Made by a program: the position numbers and the translations under genes. Below the pieces are notes generated by a model that worked only from the letters and a program-made list of their open reading frames with translations, ran no database searches and had not been told where the DNA came from. From a virus (taxonomy: Duplodnaviria; Caudoviricetes), in the IMG/VR virus record IMGVR_UViG_3300037195_001613, positions 1-53,437 of that record: a stretch of 53,437 nt of DNA. One strand, 5' to 3'. This document shows, one piece after another, positions 51,064-53,437 of the stretch (position 1 is the first letter of the stretch; every line of letters starts with the position of its first letter).

Positions 51064-53196
51064 TTAAATAGAGAGTTTGAATTTTTTCTTCTTGACTTTT
51101 GGAATCCAAGGGATCAACCGATTGTCCGAATCAAATACGGGCTGCGCTTCCTTATGCCAGCGCCTCATTAAGCATGCTTCTGTACGAATTGTAACAGATG
51201 GGCAGATTTGCGCCATACTTTTCTCGAGTATTTTTTGGATTTCTTCTACACGCTCATGAGCCTCTGAGTCGTCCGGAATCTCCCCTACAACCTCGTCATG
51301 GATTGCGCCTATGGGATGGGTGCCATAGAGGGTAGAGTTGATTGAGGGGTCGTAGCATGCCCTTACGAGGTTACAGATAGCGGTCTTGAACCCCTCGGCG
51401 GCGGGAGTCTGTAGGGCCAGACCGTTGCATGCTGCAGAGTATGTGCATCCTGCTCTATGGAACCCAGAAGGGGAAGTATATCGGTACTTATCATCAATAT
51501 TTGGGTCTGCGCATTTTTCTTTTATGAACTCAAAATATAAAGATGCTTCCGGAAAAGAGGCTAACCAAATAGATCTAACTAATCTAGCCTCTTCTATCGA
51601 CATTACAATACCATAAGTAGCTTTAGCAAAAGCCACCATGGTCTGTGGGCCTAATCCCCCAGGAAATCCCAATCCTACAGGCTTAGCAAACGTTCTCCAT
51701 TCTTTAAAATACTCAAATTTAGTTTTCTTTAATTCACAAAAGATCTCCAATACTTTTTCTACATCATTTGTTTTGCATGATTTTCTAAATTTCTTATCTA
51801 GATTATAAGCTAGTTGAGATCCTAAATATGCATGCGGATCTATTCCGTTGTTGATGATGTCTCTAAGGAGGGATGATCCGAAAAGTTGGAATTGGGTATC
51901 GGCAAATGTGCAAAGTTCGAGAGAGGAGTAGTCAACTGAATAAAGTAAGGTACCTTTTCTCGCCACAAAACACGGACGCACACGGGGGTCTTTTGATTGT
52001 ACATTACTGGAAGGAAATAATTTACTGGCATAACTAGATGTTCTTCCTGTAGATTTTAATGGATCATAACAAGAATGAATTACCTTACCATTCATATGAG
52101 GTAATTCTCTAGTTAATACGCTTTGCCATTCAGATCTTAAATGATATTGATCTAAAACATCATCCAATCCTTGGAGATTTTTTAATACTTCTGCATTTGC
52201 ACTTACAGACCCCTCAGGATATTTAGTAGATGGTTCAGTTTTAATTACCTCAAGTTCATTTTGGTTACATATATATTCTATACGTGCCTTTAGTAGTTTA
52301 GTGTCTACCGATTCCTTAACAGGCTTCTTTAATTTTAAATTACCATCCTTATCCCTTGCCCGATTGGCATAGGGTTTTGCAGGAACCGGAGGACGTAGGA
52401 TACCAGAGGAAGTAAGTAAATTTAAATTCTCAGGTGATAATTGCTTTTCTATCTTGGCCTGTAATTTTTCTTTCCTTTTTAAATCACATCTAAATCCCCA
52501 TGCAGTCATTAATTGCAGACAGAAAGCCGCATTTACATGCAGATATTCTGTAGATAACGATGCATACCCATCTTTAGTTCTTACTTCTTGCTCCTGAGCC
52601 TCGAATACTTTAAGGGTAATAGCTGCATCATCAATTGCATAATCATATGCATCTTTAGGGTATTCAGATACTGGTTTCCCATATAATTCTGAATAGTGGT
52701 ATCTCCAGGAATCTTCATCTTCTTTTTCGGAAGACATATCAATGCCTAAATATTTCTTAGCAAGATCAGCAAGAGAGTATCTAAGTTGAGTTCCTTGAGG
52801 AGAAGTAGTAAGTCCACCATGGGTGGATAGCATTAAAAGTTTTTCTCTTATAATGGTATCGTGAATCCTACCCTCCTCCAGTGCTTTAAATATAATAGGA
52901 ATCAGATTAGGGTATTTTCTAACAAATACAGTCAAATCAAATCCACAATTATGGAATATGGTATGATGGTTATCTATAGCATCTGTTATAGTATCGCATG
53001 AATTATCATCTACTGTAGAAAACAAATATTTATTTAAAATATCTTCTTCTCTGAACGAGGCCGAAGTGCATACCAATTTAGGTATGACATTACCTGGCCC
53101 TATTAGAAAAGTCTCAGTATCTAGTGCTATATGCATTTTATCCTTCTTGAGGGTTCTTTTTCCAATCTCTTTTAGATACTGTTTGTTCCCAAACAT
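51064..53196 (-). CDS. polA: family A DNA polymerase with 3'-5' exonuclease (true start probably MHIALDTET, 53136)
   Basis: ExoI DTET, ExoII HNCGFD, ExoIII YAIDD, TGRTSS, motif A DYSSLE, motif B RTFAK, motif C IHDE. Confidence 0.95.
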   Translation of the reverse strand: MFGNKQYLKEIGKRTLKKDKMHIALDTETFLIGPGNVIPKLVCTSASFREEDILNKYLFSTVDDNSCDTITDAIDNHHTIFHNCGFDLTVFVRKYPNLIPIIFKALEEGRIHDTIIREKLLMLSTHGGLTTSPQGTQLRYSLADLAKKYLGIDMSSEKEDEDSWRYHYSELYGKPVSEYPKDAYDYAIDDAAITLKVFEAQEQEVRTKDGYASLSTEYLHVNAAFCLQLMTAWGFRCDLKRKEKLQAKIEKQLSPENLNLLTSSGILRPPVPAKPYANRARDKDGNLKLKKPVKESVDTKLLKARIEYICNQNELEVIKTEPSTKYPEGSVSANAEVLKNLQGLDDVLDQYHLRSEWQSVLTRELPHMNGKVIHSCYDPLKSTGRTSSYASKLFPSSNVQSKDPRVRPCFVARKGTLLYSVDYSSLELCTFADTQFQLFGSSLLRDIINNGIDPHAYLGSQLAYNLDKKFRKSCKTNDVEKVLEIFCELKKTKFEYFKEWRTFAKPVGLGFPGGLGPQTMVAFAKATYGIVMSIEEARLVRSIWLASFPEASLYFEFIKEKCADPNIDDKYRYTSPSGFHRAGCTYSAACNGLALQTPAAEGFKTAICNLVRACYDPSINSTLYGTHPIGAIHDEVVGEIPDDSEAHERVEEIQKILEKSMAQICPSVTIRTEACLMRRWHKEAQPVFDSDNRLIPWIPKVKKKKFKLSI

Positions 53197-53436
53197 TATT
53201 AAGAATGGGCTCGATTGCCCAATCTCTTAGTGTGCAGTAATGCATGAGGTATATAATTATATCACCTACTGCATCTTTCGCCTCTAATTGATGCGCATTA
53301 CTCTCACCTCTAATATTTTGCTCCTCTTTTAAATGGGCATGAAACAACTCCCCTACCTCTTCTCCTAAACCCAATAGGGTTTGGTATGATTCAGTAAAGG
53401 GGAAATTCTTTTTTGCCCATTCTTTGTGCTCTAATT
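53138..53436 (-). CDS. MazG-like nucleotide pyrophosphohydrolase, 3' part
   Basis: EEVGEL...KDAVGDIIIYL; the N-terminus lies at 1-120 across the junction. Confidence 0.85.
   Translation of the reverse strand, partial: LEHKEWAKKNFPFTESYQTLLGLGEEVGELFHAHLKEEQNIRGESNAHQLEAKDAVGDIIIYLMHYCTLRDWAIEPILNNVWEQTVSKRDWKKNPQEG
53339..53436. repeat. terminal direct repeat, copy 2
   Basis: Identical to 1-98. Confidence 0.95.
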
Positions 53437-53437
53437 A

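Overview
This window appears to be a complete, circularly assembled, AT-rich tailed dsDNA phage genome of about 53.3 kb. Bases 1-98 are repeated at 53339-53436, and a MazG-like gene reads through the junction. The tail module is of siphovirus type. Layout: (1) a minus-strand replication module wrapping the junction (RuvC-like resolvase, family A DNA polymerase, MazG-like protein, probable SSB, SNF2-like helicase, PD-(D/E)XK nuclease, primase-SF3 helicase); (2) a minus-strand cluster of small early genes (8.7-16 kb) showing duplication and deletion scars; (3) a motif-dense 1.6 kb non-coding region (16.06-17.7 kb) and two facing tandem arrays (18.6-19.0 kb); (4) a plus-strand packaging/lysis unit (probable TerS, HNH, TerL, Ogr-like Zn finger, tRNA-Ile(UAU), lipoprotein, holin-like protein); (5) a minus-strand head-tail unit whose distal tail protein is fused to a heparinase/lyase-like region; (6) a divergent portal unit. 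I recognised no integrase, repressor or endolysin. The most unusual signal is at 9244-9426: two 108-bp-spaced non-coding modules, each with exactly 12 pentamers made of a conserved (A/C/G)GA triplet plus a variable dinucleotide, inside conserved flanks. This is a candidate guide-RNA-like or ring-protein-binding array with no obvious cognate effector gene. All product calls come from motif recognition by eye; no searches were run.
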